A stretch of 64,000 nucleotides of DNA, from assembly GCA_937921475.1 (NCBI GenBank), contig CALFPG010000012.1, forward strand, positions 202,648 through 266,647. Direction: 5' to 3'. The DNA is from an uncultured Candidatus Saccharibacteria bacterium. Lineage in GTDB: Bacteria; Patescibacteriota; Saccharimonadia; Saccharimonadales; Saccharimonadaceae. Below the pieces are notes generated by a model. It had not been told where the DNA came from, did no database searches, and saw nothing but the letters and a program-made list of their open reading frames with translations. This document shows, piece after piece, positions 51,971-62,417 of this stretch. A program made the translations under genes and the position numbers. How positions within the stretch are numbered: position 1 is the first letter of the stretch; the number at the start of each line of letters is the position of its first letter.

Positions 51971-53704
51971 ATGAATGATGCCAAAGAAGAAGTGCGGGCG
52001 CGACTGAACATCGAGGATGTGATTGGTGAGTATGTCCAGTTGAAGCGAGCGGGGCGCAATTTGAAGGGTTTAAGTCCGTTTACCGACGAGCGAACTCCAA
52101 GCTTTATGGTTAGCCCAGAAAAGCAGATTTGGCATGATTTTTCTTCTGGAAAAGGTGGCGATATTTTTACGTTTGTGATGATGGTGGAAGGAATGGATTT
52201 TCGTCAATCGCTGGAGCATTTGGCTCGGAAGGCGGGCGTTGATCTGATTTTGTTTTCTAACGGCGACGGACGAACGGCCAAGCGTCGCGCCAGGGCCAGA
52301 GAAGCGTTGAAATTAGCCGCTAATTTTTATCAGCAGAATTTGGTAAAAAATTCGACAGCCTTAAATTATGTGGTAAAAAAACGGCGATTAAATCGACAGA
52401 CAATTGGCGATTTTTTGATTGGCTATGCGCCGGAGAATGGCGACACGTTGACGAAAGCATTGGAAAAAAGAGGATTTTCTAGACAGGAATTGGCGGACGC
52501 TGGCTTGTCGAATCGGTTTGGTGGCGATTTGTTTCGCGGGCGAATGATGGTGGCGTTGAGTGACGGCAACGGAGAAGTTGTGGGATTCACGGGCAGAATT
52601 ATTCGTGACGATCCGCGCGCGCCAAAATACTTGAACACGCCGCAAACGCTGTTATTCGATAAATCGCGACATATTTTTGGTTTGCATCAAGCCAAGGAAG
52701 CGATTCGAAAAAGCGATGTGGCGGTGATTGTTGAGGGCAATCTGGATGTAATTAGCAGTCATCAAGCGGGCGTCAAAAACGTAGTTGCGACTTCTGGAAC
52801 GGCGATGACGACTCAGCATTTGAAGTCGCTTAGTCGATTAGCAGGGCGGATTCGCTTGGCGTTTGATGGCGATCGAGCGGGAGTTAACGCAACGGAGCGG
52901 GCGATCAATTTGGCGCAGGAAGTCGGCGTGGAGTTGGAAGTGGTGAGCTTGCCTGATGGCGTCAAAGATCCAGATGAATTGATCCAAAAAGATCCAGCGC
53001 TTTGGCAGGCGGCGATTGATAAATCTCAGCCAGCGGTGGATTGGGTGATTGCCAGATACGCGGAAATGGAGAATTTGAAGTCGGCGGAAGGCAAGCGAAG
53101 ATTTTCGACCATTGCGCTGAGAATTGTCCGAGGCTTGAAAGATCCGGTGGAGCAAGAGCATTATTTGTCGGTGATTTCTGAAAAAACTGGCGCGTCAATT
53201 ACCGCGCTGAAGGCAAAATTGTCGAATGAAAAAGTCGCTGAACATCAATTGAAAAAGGCGAAAATTGAGAAAGAAAAACCGACTCCGGTTCAGGATGAAA
53301 CTGAGGATATGCTGGCGGGGCTGGCGGCGAGTGAAAAATCTGTGCGGCGTTGGTTAGCGGCGGTTTCTGGAGAAATGCTGGATGATGACAACGCGCGGCA
53401 GCTGATTGGCTATTTGCGAAAGAATCCAGACGCGGATTTAGGTGAAGTTCCGCTGGACTTGCAAAAAATCGAACAGTATGTGAAAATAGTACAGTTGAAA
53501 AGTGAAAGTCGTTACGCCAATTGGGAGCAAAAAAGCTTGGACGAAGAGATGGCTCGGCTAGTCAGACAGATAACAATCAAACATCGCGAAAACAAAAAGA
53601 ATCAACTATTAACGCAGCTTAGAGAGGCCGAGGCGTCGGGTGATGAGGTTTTGTCTCAGAATTTACGCCAGAGCTTAAATAATCTGATTAAGGAGAAAAT
53701 GTGA
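51971..53704 (+). CDS. dnaG: DNA primase DnaG with degenerate zinc-ribbon (all four Zn ligands substituted)
   Basis: TOPRIM region [11 protein letters not shown]...FDGDRAG. The N-terminal [13 protein letters not shown]...[11 protein letters not shown] aligns to the canonical CPFHxEKTPSF...HCFGCGxxGD. Confidence 0.88.
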   Translation: MNDAKEEVRARLNIEDVIGEYVQLKRAGRNLKGLSPFTDERTPSFMVSPEKQIWHDFSSGKGGDIFTFVMMVEGMDFRQSLEHLARKAGVDLILFSNGDGRTAKRRARAREALKLAANFYQQNLVKNSTALNYVVKKRRLNRQTIGDFLIGYAPENGDTLTKALEKRGFSRQELADAGLSNRFGGDLFRGRMMVALSDGNGEVVGFTGRIIRDDPRAPKYLNTPQTLLFDKSRHIFGLHQAKEAIRKSDVAVIVEGNLDVISSHQAGVKNVVATSGTAMTTQHLKSLSRLAGRIRLAFDGDRAGVNATERAINLAQEVGVELEVVSLPDGVKDPDELIQKDPALWQAAIDKSQPAVDWVIARYAEMENLKSAEGKRRFSTIALRIVRGLKDPVEQEHYLSVISEKTGASITALKAKLSNEKVAEHQLKKAKIEKEKPTPVQDETEDMLAGLAASEKSVRRWLAAVSGEMLDDDNARQLIGYLRKNPDADLGEVPLDLQKIEQYVKIVQLKSESRYANWEQKSLDEEMARLVRQITIKHRENKKNQLLTQLREAEASGDEVLSQNLRQSLNNLIKEKM

Positions 53705-54663
53705 GCGACGATATCGCGACGAAGCCAGTAAACTTAAACGAAGATGATGATTTTGATCCAACGCTTATAGACGAAGAAGAATCGGAAGATTTGGATTCGT
53801 TGACAACTGGGCAATATTTGGACGACGTGTCGGATGACTCGGTCAGGTTGTACTTGCGGGAAATTGGTAAAATTCCACTACTTAGTGCTGAAGAAGAAAT
53901 GGACTTGGCGCGCCGAATTGTCGAAGGCGATAAGAAGGCTAAGGATAAGATGGCTGAGGCGAATATGCGCTTGGTGGTGTCAATTGCTAAGCGATATTCG
54001 GGTCGTGGTTTGGACTTTTTGGATTTGATTCAAGAGGGAAATACGGGACTTTTGCGTGCGGTTGAGAAGTTTGATCCGGATAAGGGATTTAAGTTTTCGA
54101 CTTATGCAACTTGGTGGATTCGCCAGGCAATTACGCGTGCGATTGCCGACCAAGCTCGAACAATTCGTATTCCAGTTCACATGGTGGAAACGATCAATAA
54201 ATTACTGCGTACTCAGCGACGAATGACACAGGAATTGAATCGCGAGCCGACAATTGAAGAATTGTCTAAAGAATTGGACATGGAGCCAGAGAAAATTGAA
54301 TATGTCATTAAGATCAAGCAAGATATTTCTTCTTTGGATGCTGGTGTTGGTCGTGACGGTGAAGATGACGACTCTGTATTGCAAGATTTTATCGTTGACG
54401 AAGATACGGTTTCGCCAGAAGATTCCGCTTCAAATCAATTGTTAAAAGAGCAAGTTCAGGAAATTCTATCAAGTTTGAGTGATCGCGAGCAGAAAATTGT
54501 TCGAATGCGTTTTGGTTTGGACAATGGGAAAAATCACACTTTGGAAGAAGTTGGTCAGGAATTTGCAGTTACGCGTGAGCGAATCCGCCAGATTGAAGCT
54601 AAGGCGCTAGCAAAACTTCGCAAGCACAAAGACGCGAAAAAACTTTACGAATATTTGGATTAA
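53701..54663 (+). CDS. rpoD: primary-type RNA polymerase sigma factor (sigma-70 family)
   Basis: GTG overlaps the dnaG stop (ATGTGA), with an AAGGAG SD. Regions 2-4 are recognisable ([51 protein letters not shown]). Confidence 0.92.
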   Translation: MSDDIATKPVNLNEDDDFDPTLIDEEESEDLDSLTTGQYLDDVSDDSVRLYLREIGKIPLLSAEEEMDLARRIVEGDKKAKDKMAEANMRLVVSIAKRYSGRGLDFLDLIQEGNTGLLRAVEKFDPDKGFKFSTYATWWIRQAITRAIADQARTIRIPVHMVETINKLLRTQRRMTQELNREPTIEELSKELDMEPEKIEYVIKIKQDISSLDAGVGRDGEDDDSVLQDFIVDEDTVSPEDSASNQLLKEQVQEILSSLSDREQKIVRMRFGLDNGKNHTLEEVGQEFAVTRERIRQIEAKALAKLRKHKDAKKLYEYLD

Positions 54664-55257
54664 TTAACACTGTTCGGGCGATTTACAAAAATGGGCGTCG
54701 TGAGTTGCGGCGTCTATTTTTTGATGTAATTGCTCGAGGCTGCCGTCGTTAATGATGAAATAATCAGCAATAGCAATTGGTCCACCTTTTTCCAAATTCT
54801 CGATTTCTGACCAGTCGCGCTGATCGACTTCGTGCGGTTGCATTGGGCGTTCTATGCGTTTAGCCATTCGTTGATAACGGAGGTATTTTGGTGTAACAAT
54901 AGCAATAACGACAACTTGCCCAGGAAATTCGTGCTTAAGGAATTTATATTCACTCCAAGTGTATAATCCGTCCAAAACGATTTTATTTTGCCCAGCGTTT
55001 ATTAAATCGTGGATGTTTTTTATGACGCGTTTGATTACGAAATCTTTGCCTTCACGGCGACGAATTTCTTCGCGGAATTGTTGTTGATTGTCCCAAGTTT
55101 TTTCAATTCCAGCCTCGTCCATGGCTTTATAAATAACGCCACCGAAGTAAATTTTTGGAAATCCTTTTTCTGTCAAATATTCGACAGCCGAACTTTTGCC
55201 GCTGCCCGCCAGACCGACAAGGGCGATAATTTTGCAGCTATGCTCGCTTGTACTCAT
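54664..55257 (-). CDS. P-loop nucleotide/nucleoside kinase-like protein (adenylate-kinase/dephospho-CoA-kinase-like fold)
   Basis: IALVGLAGSGKSS Walker A. The overall pattern resembles small archaeal/bacterial UPF0200-type kinases as I remember them. Confidence 0.6.
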   Translation of the reverse strand: MSTSEHSCKIIALVGLAGSGKSSAVEYLTEKGFPKIYFGGVIYKAMDEAGIEKTWDNQQQFREEIRRREGKDFVIKRVIKNIHDLINAGQNKIVLDGLYTWSEYKFLKHEFPGQVVVIAIVTPKYLRYQRMAKRIERPMQPHEVDQRDWSEIENLEKGGPIAIADYFIINDGSLEQLHQKIDAATHDAHFCKSPEQC

Positions 55258-55390
55258 GGGGATTATTGTAACAGCTCTTCAGCTGGGTGGCAAACAGGTG
55301 TGGCTGCCGGTTGGTTGTGTTGATTCCTGCGAGTAGTTTGTTCTGGAGCTCTTGACTTTGATACGAAACAGTCGTCCCCGGTTAGAATGG

Positions 55391-56020
55391 TTAATTTACC
55401 ACGACGATCGCCAGCAGGGCATCCTGAGGGCTGAAGCCGGGCCGCAGTTTATAGCGGTCGCGCGTAGGTATCTTGTGCCGGGGATGGAGATACTCGATTT
55501 CTTCGTAACTCTCGCCGTCGAACACCTGCCAGATATCAACAGGAGCGAGCGGTAGCTCATCGCACTTGGGTTTGTAAGTATGAAACGCCTGTAGCAGGGC
55601 GAAAATTTCCTCGCCGCTATAGTTGTCGCATCGTCGAGCATGCATGTCATAGGTTGGGTCAGCAGATTGCACCGTGAAGCTATCGCCTCCTCTGGCGACT
55701 ATTTCCTTGATGAGTTGCTGGCGATCGCTTACGCCAAAGTGTGCCGACTGGATACCGCGCAGCAGTATATTCCGACCCATAAAATGTTGGCGAATTGGTG
55801 CTTCAATTGTAGCGGCTATGGTATCAAGCGGGCGGGGTGGGTTGGCATCGTAGCGATATGGATTTTCGGACGTGACGCTATATTCTGGGCAATCAACGTT
55901 AATGATGAGCGGTGTCACTTCGCGGTTGCGCTCTGGTGTAGATTCGGTGTTATCGCCACCACCGTCAAGCCGTTCCGGATCATAACCCGGATCGTATTCA
56001 AATGTCTTGCCTTCAAACAT
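55391..56020 (-). CDS. hypothetical protein in a GC-rich patch
   Basis: 209-aa ORF. Local GC is about 55% (66 of 120 counted at 55381-55500). No family recognised. Confidence 0.5.
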   Translation of the reverse strand: MFEGKTFEYDPGYDPERLDGGGDNTESTPERNREVTPLIINVDCPEYSVTSENPYRYDANPPRPLDTIAATIEAPIRQHFMGRNILLRGIQSAHFGVSDRQQLIKEIVARGGDSFTVQSADPTYDMHARRCDNYSGEEIFALLQAFHTYKPKCDELPLAPVDIWQVFDGESYEEIEYLHPRHKIPTRDRYKLRPGFSPQDALLAIVVVN

Positions 56021-56230
56021 ACTTTTACCCCCCGTGATTTATCGGCCCGCACTGTCTTTTAGTAGCTCGCGCGATATCTTCATTATAGCATTATAATGTG
56101 GCCGGCTTGGGCTCTTTGCGATACTGGTCAGTAGCATAATATGCTATCAGGGCGGACAAGGTGGGTGGCGGGTATGGTTGTGCCATGTACTAATTTTAAC
56201 AATTTGTTGACATTCTTCCAAATAGAGAGT

Positions 56231-56965
56231 ATGTTTGTGATAAGTATTATGGAACCGCTTCATGTACATACTGAAGAGTTACCTCAGGATCCACTTTCTG
56301 ATTTTAGTATCTGGCGCCGTTTTATAGAATATCGTAAAAAAGTTCAATGGGGTAATATATTAAAACAAGTTGAGGAGCTAGAATCAAATTTTGATCGTAA
56401 TAAAGCATGGAAAAGATTTGTTAAAGAACCTGTTGTTGATCAGTATGGTCAGGTATGGATGATTTGGGAGAATCCTGCCACTTCGTCATCTAATCCGAAA
56501 GATCGATATCAGATATATAAGATGCCAGACGGTAAAGATGAGTTTGATTATGTTTTTATAGATGATCTTTCTATAGTTGATTTTGTGCCTACTTCTATTT
56601 CTATATTACAGGGATCGATTTATACATTTTCTGTCGGATTTGATAATTTTGGTGAGGCAGAATTATTGCATATAATAACGAGCGATAAGACAGATATAAA
56701 TAAGACAAGTGAATACTGTCACCTCTTCAATTACGAAAGGGAAAAGTGGGAGATTCATAGGCGTAGGATGGAACACGATAATGACTCCTACAGTTCTATG
56801 AAAGAACTTAGAGAAATCTATGAGAGATACGAGAAATGGCTGAGAAAACAGGGCAATAATTCTTTCAATGCTGAAAAAATATTTAGGGAGAATTATGATA
56901 AGTATGGGAGAATACTGCAAAAACTTGGCTCTGTGTCAATTAGAAATCTAACGATAGCCGCTTAA
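56231..56965 (+). CDS. hypothetical protein in an AT-rich patch
   Basis: The ORF track starts at 56141. A TTGACA-17-TATGTT promoter at 56207-56235 argues for a start at ATG 56249, or at 56231. About 37% GC. No family recognised. Confidence 0.5.
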   Translation: MFVISIMEPLHVHTEELPQDPLSDFSIWRRFIEYRKKVQWGNILKQVEELESNFDRNKAWKRFVKEPVVDQYGQVWMIWENPATSSSNPKDRYQIYKMPDGKDEFDYVFIDDLSIVDFVPTSISILQGSIYTFSVGFDNFGEAELLHIITSDKTDINKTSEYCHLFNYEREKWEIHRRRMEHDNDSYSSMKELREIYERYEKWLRKQGNNSFNAEKIFRENYDKYGRILQKLGSVSIRNLTIAA

Positions 56966-56966
56966 A

Positions 56967-56975
56967 TGCTACAAT
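56967..56975 (+). promoter_or_regulatory. extended -10 element TGcTACAAT 6 nt before polA ATG
   Basis: Reads aaaTGcTACAATagaactATG. No SD. Confidence 0.45.
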
Positions 56976-56981
56976 AGAACT

Positions 56982-59519
56982 ATGAAACGTCTAGTGGTTA
57001 TTGATGGAAAGTCGGTGTTTTACCGAGGTTATTATGCCATGCCGGGATTGTCGATGGCTGACGGAACTCCAACTGGCGGAGTGTACGGATTTGTAAGTTT
57101 GGCAATTGAGCTGATTAAGAAATTGGAGCCGGATTACGTGGCGGTAGCTTGGGATAAACGAGGCACGAATATTCGCAAGCGGCGGGAATTATATCCAGAA
57201 TATAAAGCTGGTCGCAAGCCAGCGCCAGATGACTTTTACCAGCAAATTCCGATTTTGCACGAGCTGCTTGATGCATTTGGCTGGCCGCTTTATGAAATTG
57301 ATGATTACGAGGCGGACGATATTATGGGCGCGTTTGCCAGACAAGCGGAATCTCGCGGAATTGAAACGTGCTTGATAACGTCGGATTTGGACGCATTGCA
57401 ATTGATATCACCGATGACCAAAGTTTACGCTATGAAAAATGGCTTGAGAAATATCGAGGAATTTACGGCGGAACATTTTGAAGAAAAATATGGAATTCGG
57501 ACAGAACAATTCTTAGATTTGAAAGCGCTAAAGGGTGATTCTAGTGACAATTTACCGGGCGTGCCGGGAGTTGGTGAAAAAACGGCGGTTAAATTACTAC
57601 AGCAATACGAAACGCTGGACGGAGTTTATGAGCATTTGGATGAGCAAAAAGGCGCGTTGCGAACGAAGCTGGAAAATGGTCGTGAGTCGGCATATTTGAC
57701 CAAGCAAGTGGCAGAAATTTGGACGGACGCGCCGATTGAGCTGGACTGGGATGTGGCGGATGTTAATGATTGCGACTTTGCGCGAGTAACGGAAATTCTG
57801 CAGAAGTTGGAGTTTAATTCGCTGATTGGACGATTGCCAAAAACAATGCAAATGGCGGAAAATGAAAAAAAAGAAGAACCGAAGTTGGATATTCCACGAA
57901 TTGAAAAATTGCCCGATATGCCGATGTTTGAGGCGGAAAATATAATATATATCGATTCGTCGGAGCCTGATGTAATTTACATAAGCTCAAATCCTGAGTC
58001 AGCGTGGATGGCGAAAATTAGCGAAATTAGTCAATCTATGTGGCAATTACTGGCGCAGGGAATTGTGATCGCGGCGGATGTTAAGCAGTTATATCATACG
58101 CTGGATAATCATGGCGTAGCGGTGCGTTTTCATGAAGTTTGGGATGTTGGGCAGGCGGCGTTTTTAATTGATTCGCTGAAACGCGACCGTAGTCTGAATG
58201 CATTGTCTGGTGATTTTTCTGACGACAATTCCGCGCCTTATCAATTGGCTCGCTTGCATAAAATTTATCGTGAACAAAAAGTTTACATGTCGAACAATTC
58301 GCAAATTGCGCGTGTGGCTTACGAGTTTGATTTTCCAGTAATTTGGGCGCTATTCCAGATGGAAAAACGCGGGATGAAGTTGGATGATACGCTATTAAAA
58401 CAGATGGGCGATGAGCTGGCGGCGGAAGTTGGTGAGCTTGAACAACAAATGTATTCCATGGCGGAATACGAGTTTAACGCGTCTAGTCCAGCGCAACTTT
58501 CTGAGGTTTTGTTTACCAAATTGCAATTACCAACCGCGGGCATAAAAAAGGGAAAAACTGGATATTCAACAGGTCAAAAAGAGTTGGACAAATTACGTGG
58601 ACAACATCCGATTATCGAGTTGATCGAGCGATATCGAGAATTGACCAAATTGATCAGCACGTACATTGAGGCGTTACCAAAATTGATGGCGACTGATGGG
58701 CGAATTCACACTACGTTTAATCAGGATGTAACCAGCACGGGGCGGCTGAGCAGTACAAATCCGAATTTACAGAATATTCCGGTGCGGACTGAACTGGGTA
58801 GGAAAATTCGCCAGGCGTTTGTTCCGAGTGATGGTAAAGTTTTTGTCGGCGCGGATTATTCACAATTTGAATTGAGGCTGGCGGCTGTGCTGGCGGGTGA
58901 CGAGAAGTTGATTGAAGACTTTAATAGCGATGTTGATATTCACGCAAAAACGGCGGCGGAAACATACGGAATATCGATTGACGAAGTAAGCAAATCTCAG
59001 CGTCGAGCAGCGAAAGTGATCAATTTTGGTGTACTTTACGGAATGAGCCCGCACGGTTTGGCGGCGGCTACGGGAATGTCATTTACAGAGGCGAAAAAGT
59101 TTATTGATCATTATTTTGAGGTGCGAAAACCGATTCGTCAGTACTTGGATAAAATTCTAACTCAAGCGCGAGAACAGGGATTTGTTGAAACGTATTTTGG
59201 CAGGCGACGACCAACGCCTGATGTAAAATCGAGCAATTTTATGGTGCGATCTTCGGCGGAAAGGGCTGCGATGAATATGCCAATTCAAGGCACGGAAGCG
59301 GATTTGATGAAATTAGCGATGATTCGGCTGGAGGATAAATTGTCAGGCTTGGCTGATGCGATTTTACAGGTTCATGATTCGATTTTGGTGGAATGTAAAC
59401 CTGAAGACGTCCAGAAAGTCAGCGAGATTATGAAAGCGGAAATGGAAGGCGTTTGTCCAGAATTGCCAATTAAGTTGAAGGTTGATGTTGGCACGGGCGC
59501 AAATTGGGGTGAAGTATAG
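56982..59519 (+). CDS. polA: DNA polymerase I
   Basis: 5' nuclease domain (LVVIDGKSVFYRGYYA, GDSSDNLPGVPGVGEKTA) and pol domain (RIHTTFNQDVTSTGRLSS, ADYSQFELR, QVHDSILVE). 845 aa. Confidence 0.95.
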   Translation: MKRLVVIDGKSVFYRGYYAMPGLSMADGTPTGGVYGFVSLAIELIKKLEPDYVAVAWDKRGTNIRKRRELYPEYKAGRKPAPDDFYQQIPILHELLDAFGWPLYEIDDYEADDIMGAFARQAESRGIETCLITSDLDALQLISPMTKVYAMKNGLRNIEEFTAEHFEEKYGIRTEQFLDLKALKGDSSDNLPGVPGVGEKTAVKLLQQYETLDGVYEHLDEQKGALRTKLENGRESAYLTKQVAEIWTDAPIELDWDVADVNDCDFARVTEILQKLEFNSLIGRLPKTMQMAENEKKEEPKLDIPRIEKLPDMPMFEAENIIYIDSSEPDVIYISSNPESAWMAKISEISQSMWQLLAQGIVIAADVKQLYHTLDNHGVAVRFHEVWDVGQAAFLIDSLKRDRSLNALSGDFSDDNSAPYQLARLHKIYREQKVYMSNNSQIARVAYEFDFPVIWALFQMEKRGMKLDDTLLKQMGDELAAEVGELEQQMYSMAEYEFNASSPAQLSEVLFTKLQLPTAGIKKGKTGYSTGQKELDKLRGQHPIIELIERYRELTKLISTYIEALPKLMATDGRIHTTFNQDVTSTGRLSSTNPNLQNIPVRTELGRKIRQAFVPSDGKVFVGADYSQFELRLAAVLAGDEKLIEDFNSDVDIHAKTAAETYGISIDEVSKSQRRAAKVINFGVLYGMSPHGLAAATGMSFTEAKKFIDHYFEVRKPIRQYLDKILTQAREQGFVETYFGRRRPTPDVKSSNFMVRSSAERAAMNMPIQGTEADLMKLAMIRLEDKLSGLADAILQVHDSILVECKPEDVQKVSEIMKAEMEGVCPELPIKLKVDVGTGANWGEV

Positions 59520-59540
59520 AAAATATGGTATAATTATGCC

Positions 59541-60188
59541 ATGAAATACACTCAACGACGAAATTCATTTTCTCGATTTGTACCAATTTTGCTGGTTATT
59601 GTTATCACGGTTGTGGCGGTAGCAGCGGTTATTGCGATTGGTCGAGCATTATTTGGCAAAAACGATTCAGGTCAAACAACGGATCAGAATGTTAACGTAG
59701 GACAAGTTGCTTTGTTGTCGACGGACGTGGGAAGTGCGGTTCGATTGACAGTGCGCGGGCCAATTGTAGCGAATGAGAATTTCCGCTCATATAGCATCAC
59801 TATTTCGCCAGAATCTCGCGAAATGACAACGTACGAGGGATATTTGGATAAGCCAATTGCGCAGAAAAGATTGGACAATAACAGCAAGGCTTATACGGAG
59901 CTGGTTTATGCGCTTGATAAGCGAAAAATGATGGAAGGTACGCCGCTAACTGAGCAGCAAAATGATTTGCGGGGAATTTGTGCTAGCGGTAAAATTTACA
60001 AATTCGAAACTTTGAAGGATAATTCCGTTGTGAAGAGCTTGTGGACGTCGGATTGTAGCGGCTCTAAAGGCTCGGCGCAAGCTAACGTGAACGAGATTTT
60101 GGATATGTTTTTGAAGCAAATTCCTGACGGCAAAAAAATGGCGGCTGGAATTGGTTTAAGTCAAGAAGAAGCTTTGTTTAAGCTGTAG
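59541..60188 (+). CDS. hypothetical membrane-anchored exported protein
   Basis: 215 aa with an N-terminal TM helix (FVPILLVIVITVVAVAAVIAI). TGgTATAAT lies 6 nt before the ATG. Confidence 0.55.
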   Translation: MKYTQRRNSFSRFVPILLVIVITVVAVAAVIAIGRALFGKNDSGQTTDQNVNVGQVALLSTDVGSAVRLTVRGPIVANENFRSYSITISPESREMTTYEGYLDKPIAQKRLDNNSKAYTELVYALDKRKMMEGTPLTEQQNDLRGICASGKIYKFETLKDNSVVKSLWTSDCSGSKGSAQANVNEILDMFLKQIPDGKKMAAGIGLSQEEALFKL

Positions 60189-60198
60189 GATTTGCCGA

Positions 60199-61077
60199 AT
60201 GCCTGAGCTACCTGAAGTTGAGACAGTTCGTCGAGGTTTAGCGGATTTGCTGCCAGGTCAGGCTGTTGTGCGAGCGACAGTATTTGATTCGCCAAAAAGC
60301 TTTCCGAATTCACCCACTGACGTTCAGCAATTTTTATACGGTGCGCATGTAACGGCGGTGCGACGTCGCGCAAAAGTACTGATGATTGATCTTGATACGC
60401 GTTATTCGCTGGTGATACATCTTAAGATGACTGGGCAATTGATTTTTCGTGGGGCTAATAGTTTTGCTGGTGGTCATCCGAATGATAGCTTGATTGGTGA
60501 ATTGCCGGATAAGTCGACACGAGTACAGATTGATTTTACGGATGGTTCGCACCTGTTTTTTAATGATCAGCGTAAGTTTGGCTGGATGAAATTGATGCCG
60601 ACCGATGAGATAGAAAATTTGCCATTTATGCAGAAAGTTGGGCCGGAACCGCTTGATAAAAAAACTAAGGCGATAGATTTTATTAAGCGAATTCGTCGTC
60701 GGCAAAATTCGATGATAAAGCCGGCATTTCTTGATCAGTCGGTGATCGCTGGGGTTGGTAATATTTACGCTGATGAAGCTCTGTGGGCTGCGAAAATTCA
60801 CCCCCAAACGCGAGTTAAAAACGTTAGCGATAAACAATTAGAAAAACTATTTCATGAACTGCGTCAGATTCTACAATTAAGCATTGATCAGGGCGGTTCG
60901 ACGGATAAAAATTATGTTGACGCTGAAGGTAGAAAAGGTAATTATTTGACATTTGCGCACGTATTTCGTCGGGAAGGTCAGCCGTGCCATCGACATCCTG
61001 ATCAAGAGATTGTAAAAATGAAAGTTGCTGGTCGTGGCACTCACATTTGTCCAGCCTGTCAGGTGGAAATCAAGTGA
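60199..61077 (+). CDS. mutM: formamidopyrimidine-DNA glycosylase (Fpg/MutM)
   Basis: MPELPEVETVRRGL start. C-terminal zinc finger C..H...CPAC. Confidence 0.9.
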   Translation: MPELPEVETVRRGLADLLPGQAVVRATVFDSPKSFPNSPTDVQQFLYGAHVTAVRRRAKVLMIDLDTRYSLVIHLKMTGQLIFRGANSFAGGHPNDSLIGELPDKSTRVQIDFTDGSHLFFNDQRKFGWMKLMPTDEIENLPFMQKVGPEPLDKKTKAIDFIKRIRRRQNSMIKPAFLDQSVIAGVGNIYADEALWAAKIHPQTRVKNVSDKQLEKLFHELRQILQLSIDQGGSTDKNYVDAEGRKGNYLTFAHVFRREGQPCHRHPDQEIVKMKVAGRGTHICPACQVEIK

Positions 61078-61976
61078 TTTATCTTCTTTATGGCGAAAAC
61101 GAATTCGAAAAGCGGCAAGCGATTGCCAAGCTGATTGGCGATGAAAAAGCGACGCGACATGATGGCGAAGATTTGACGCTGGCTGGAATGCGGGAAATAG
61201 CAATTGGGCAGACGCTGTTTATGAACTCGTCGGTGTATTTGATTTCAAGATTGAGCGAAAATTCTGAGATTTGGTCGCAGCTTCCAGATGTGAAGTTTGA
61301 TGATGACAGGACGATTATTCTGGTGGAAGATAAAATTGATAAGCGAACAAAAACGTATAAGTGGCTGCAGAAAAATGCCAAAGTTCAGGAGTTTTCACCG
61401 CTTAGTGATCGTCAAAAACAGCAGCTTTTAAAGTGGTGTGCAGCGGAGGCGAAGGCTCGTAGGTGTGAATTAACGAATCGTCAAGCAGAGATAATTGTCG
61501 ATCGTTTGGGATTTGATCAGTTGCGACTGAGTAACTTTTTGGATCAATTAGCGCTGGCGGAAAAAGTGACGGATGATTTAATTGACAACTTTATACCTTT
61601 GGCGAGGCCGGAAAATGTGTTTGATTTGTTTATTTCGGCGCTGGCGGGTGATTATGATAAGGTCCACGACATAATTAGTTATTTGGAGTCGGAAAGTGGC
61701 GTTGATGGCGCCTATCAGACAATGGGATTACTTGCCTCGCAGGCAACTAACTTGACGGCGTTGGTTTTGGCTGGCGGCGACAGTAAGTTGGTGGCTTCGG
61801 ATTTTTCAGCTAGTCCGTATGTTTTACGAAAATTGGCGTCTTCAGCAAAAGGTGTCGATAAGGAAAAACTGAAGAGGATAAATGACGCGCTGCTTCGGGC
61901 GGACTTACAAATGAAAACAACCTCTGTAAATCCGTGGCTGATTGTGGAGGCGGCGCTGGTTGGAATTGGAAAATAA
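61074..61976 (+). CDS. holA: DNA polymerase III delta subunit (HolA)
   Basis: VIYLLYGENEFEKRQAI is a typical HolA start. GTG 61074 overlaps the mutM stop (GTGA). ATG 61047 is the ORF-track alternative. Confidence 0.7.
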   Translation: MIYLLYGENEFEKRQAIAKLIGDEKATRHDGEDLTLAGMREIAIGQTLFMNSSVYLISRLSENSEIWSQLPDVKFDDDRTIILVEDKIDKRTKTYKWLQKNAKVQEFSPLSDRQKQQLLKWCAAEAKARRCELTNRQAEIIVDRLGFDQLRLSNFLDQLALAEKVTDDLIDNFIPLARPENVFDLFISALAGDYDKVHDIISYLESESGVDGAYQTMGLLASQATNLTALVLAGGDSKLVASDFSASPYVLRKLASSAKGVDKEKLKRINDALLRADLQMKTTSVNPWLIVEAALVGIGK

Positions 61977-61979
61977 AAA

Positions 61980-62005
61980 TACCCCAGTTAATTCCGGGGT
62001 ATTTT
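61980..62005. terminator. bidirectional terminator-like hairpin between holA and rpsT
   Basis: Stem TACCCC/GGGGTA with a 10-nt loop, an A-run before and TTTT after. Confidence 0.45.
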
Positions 62006-62022
62006 CTAGTAATCTTTACAGA

Positions 62023-62373
62023 TTATTTTTCAGATTTCTTAGCAGCTGGCTTCTTTGCTGGAGCTTTTTTAGCAGCAGTTTTCTTAGCTGTTGCTGGCTT
62101 TGCGGCTGGTTTTTTAGCGGCTTCTAATGTAACACCTGCTTTTTTAGCAATTTTGCTTAATGCGCTCTTTCGGCGAGCAGCGGTATTTTTCTTAATCAAG
62201 CCTTTTTTAACAGCGGTGTCGATTTCGCTTTGTGCTGCAGCAAGAGTTTTTGTGCTTGGTTCTGCAGAGAAAGCTTTAACAGCAGTCTTAATGTCTTTTT
62301 TAATGCTGATGTTTCGCTCGCGGCGCTTTAGGGTTTGTTTAGCACGCTTGATGGCGGATTTGATGATTGGCAT
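62023..62373 (-). CDS. rpsT: 30S ribosomal protein S20 with Ala/Lys/Pro-rich C-terminal extension
   Basis: MPIIKSAIKRAKQTLKRRERN start and an AAGGAG SD. It is 116 aa, about 30 aa longer than typical S20, because of a KKPAAKPATAKKTAAKKAPAKKPAAKK tail. Confidence 0.9.
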   Translation of the reverse strand: MPIIKSAIKRAKQTLKRRERNISIKKDIKTAVKAFSAEPSTKTLAAAQSEIDTAVKKGLIKKNTAARRKSALSKIAKKAGVTLEAAKKPAAKPATAKKTAAKKAPAKKPAAKKSEK

Positions 62374-62417
62374 GTTTCTCCTTTACCTCTATAGATTTGT
62401 ATCGCTAATCAGGAAGA

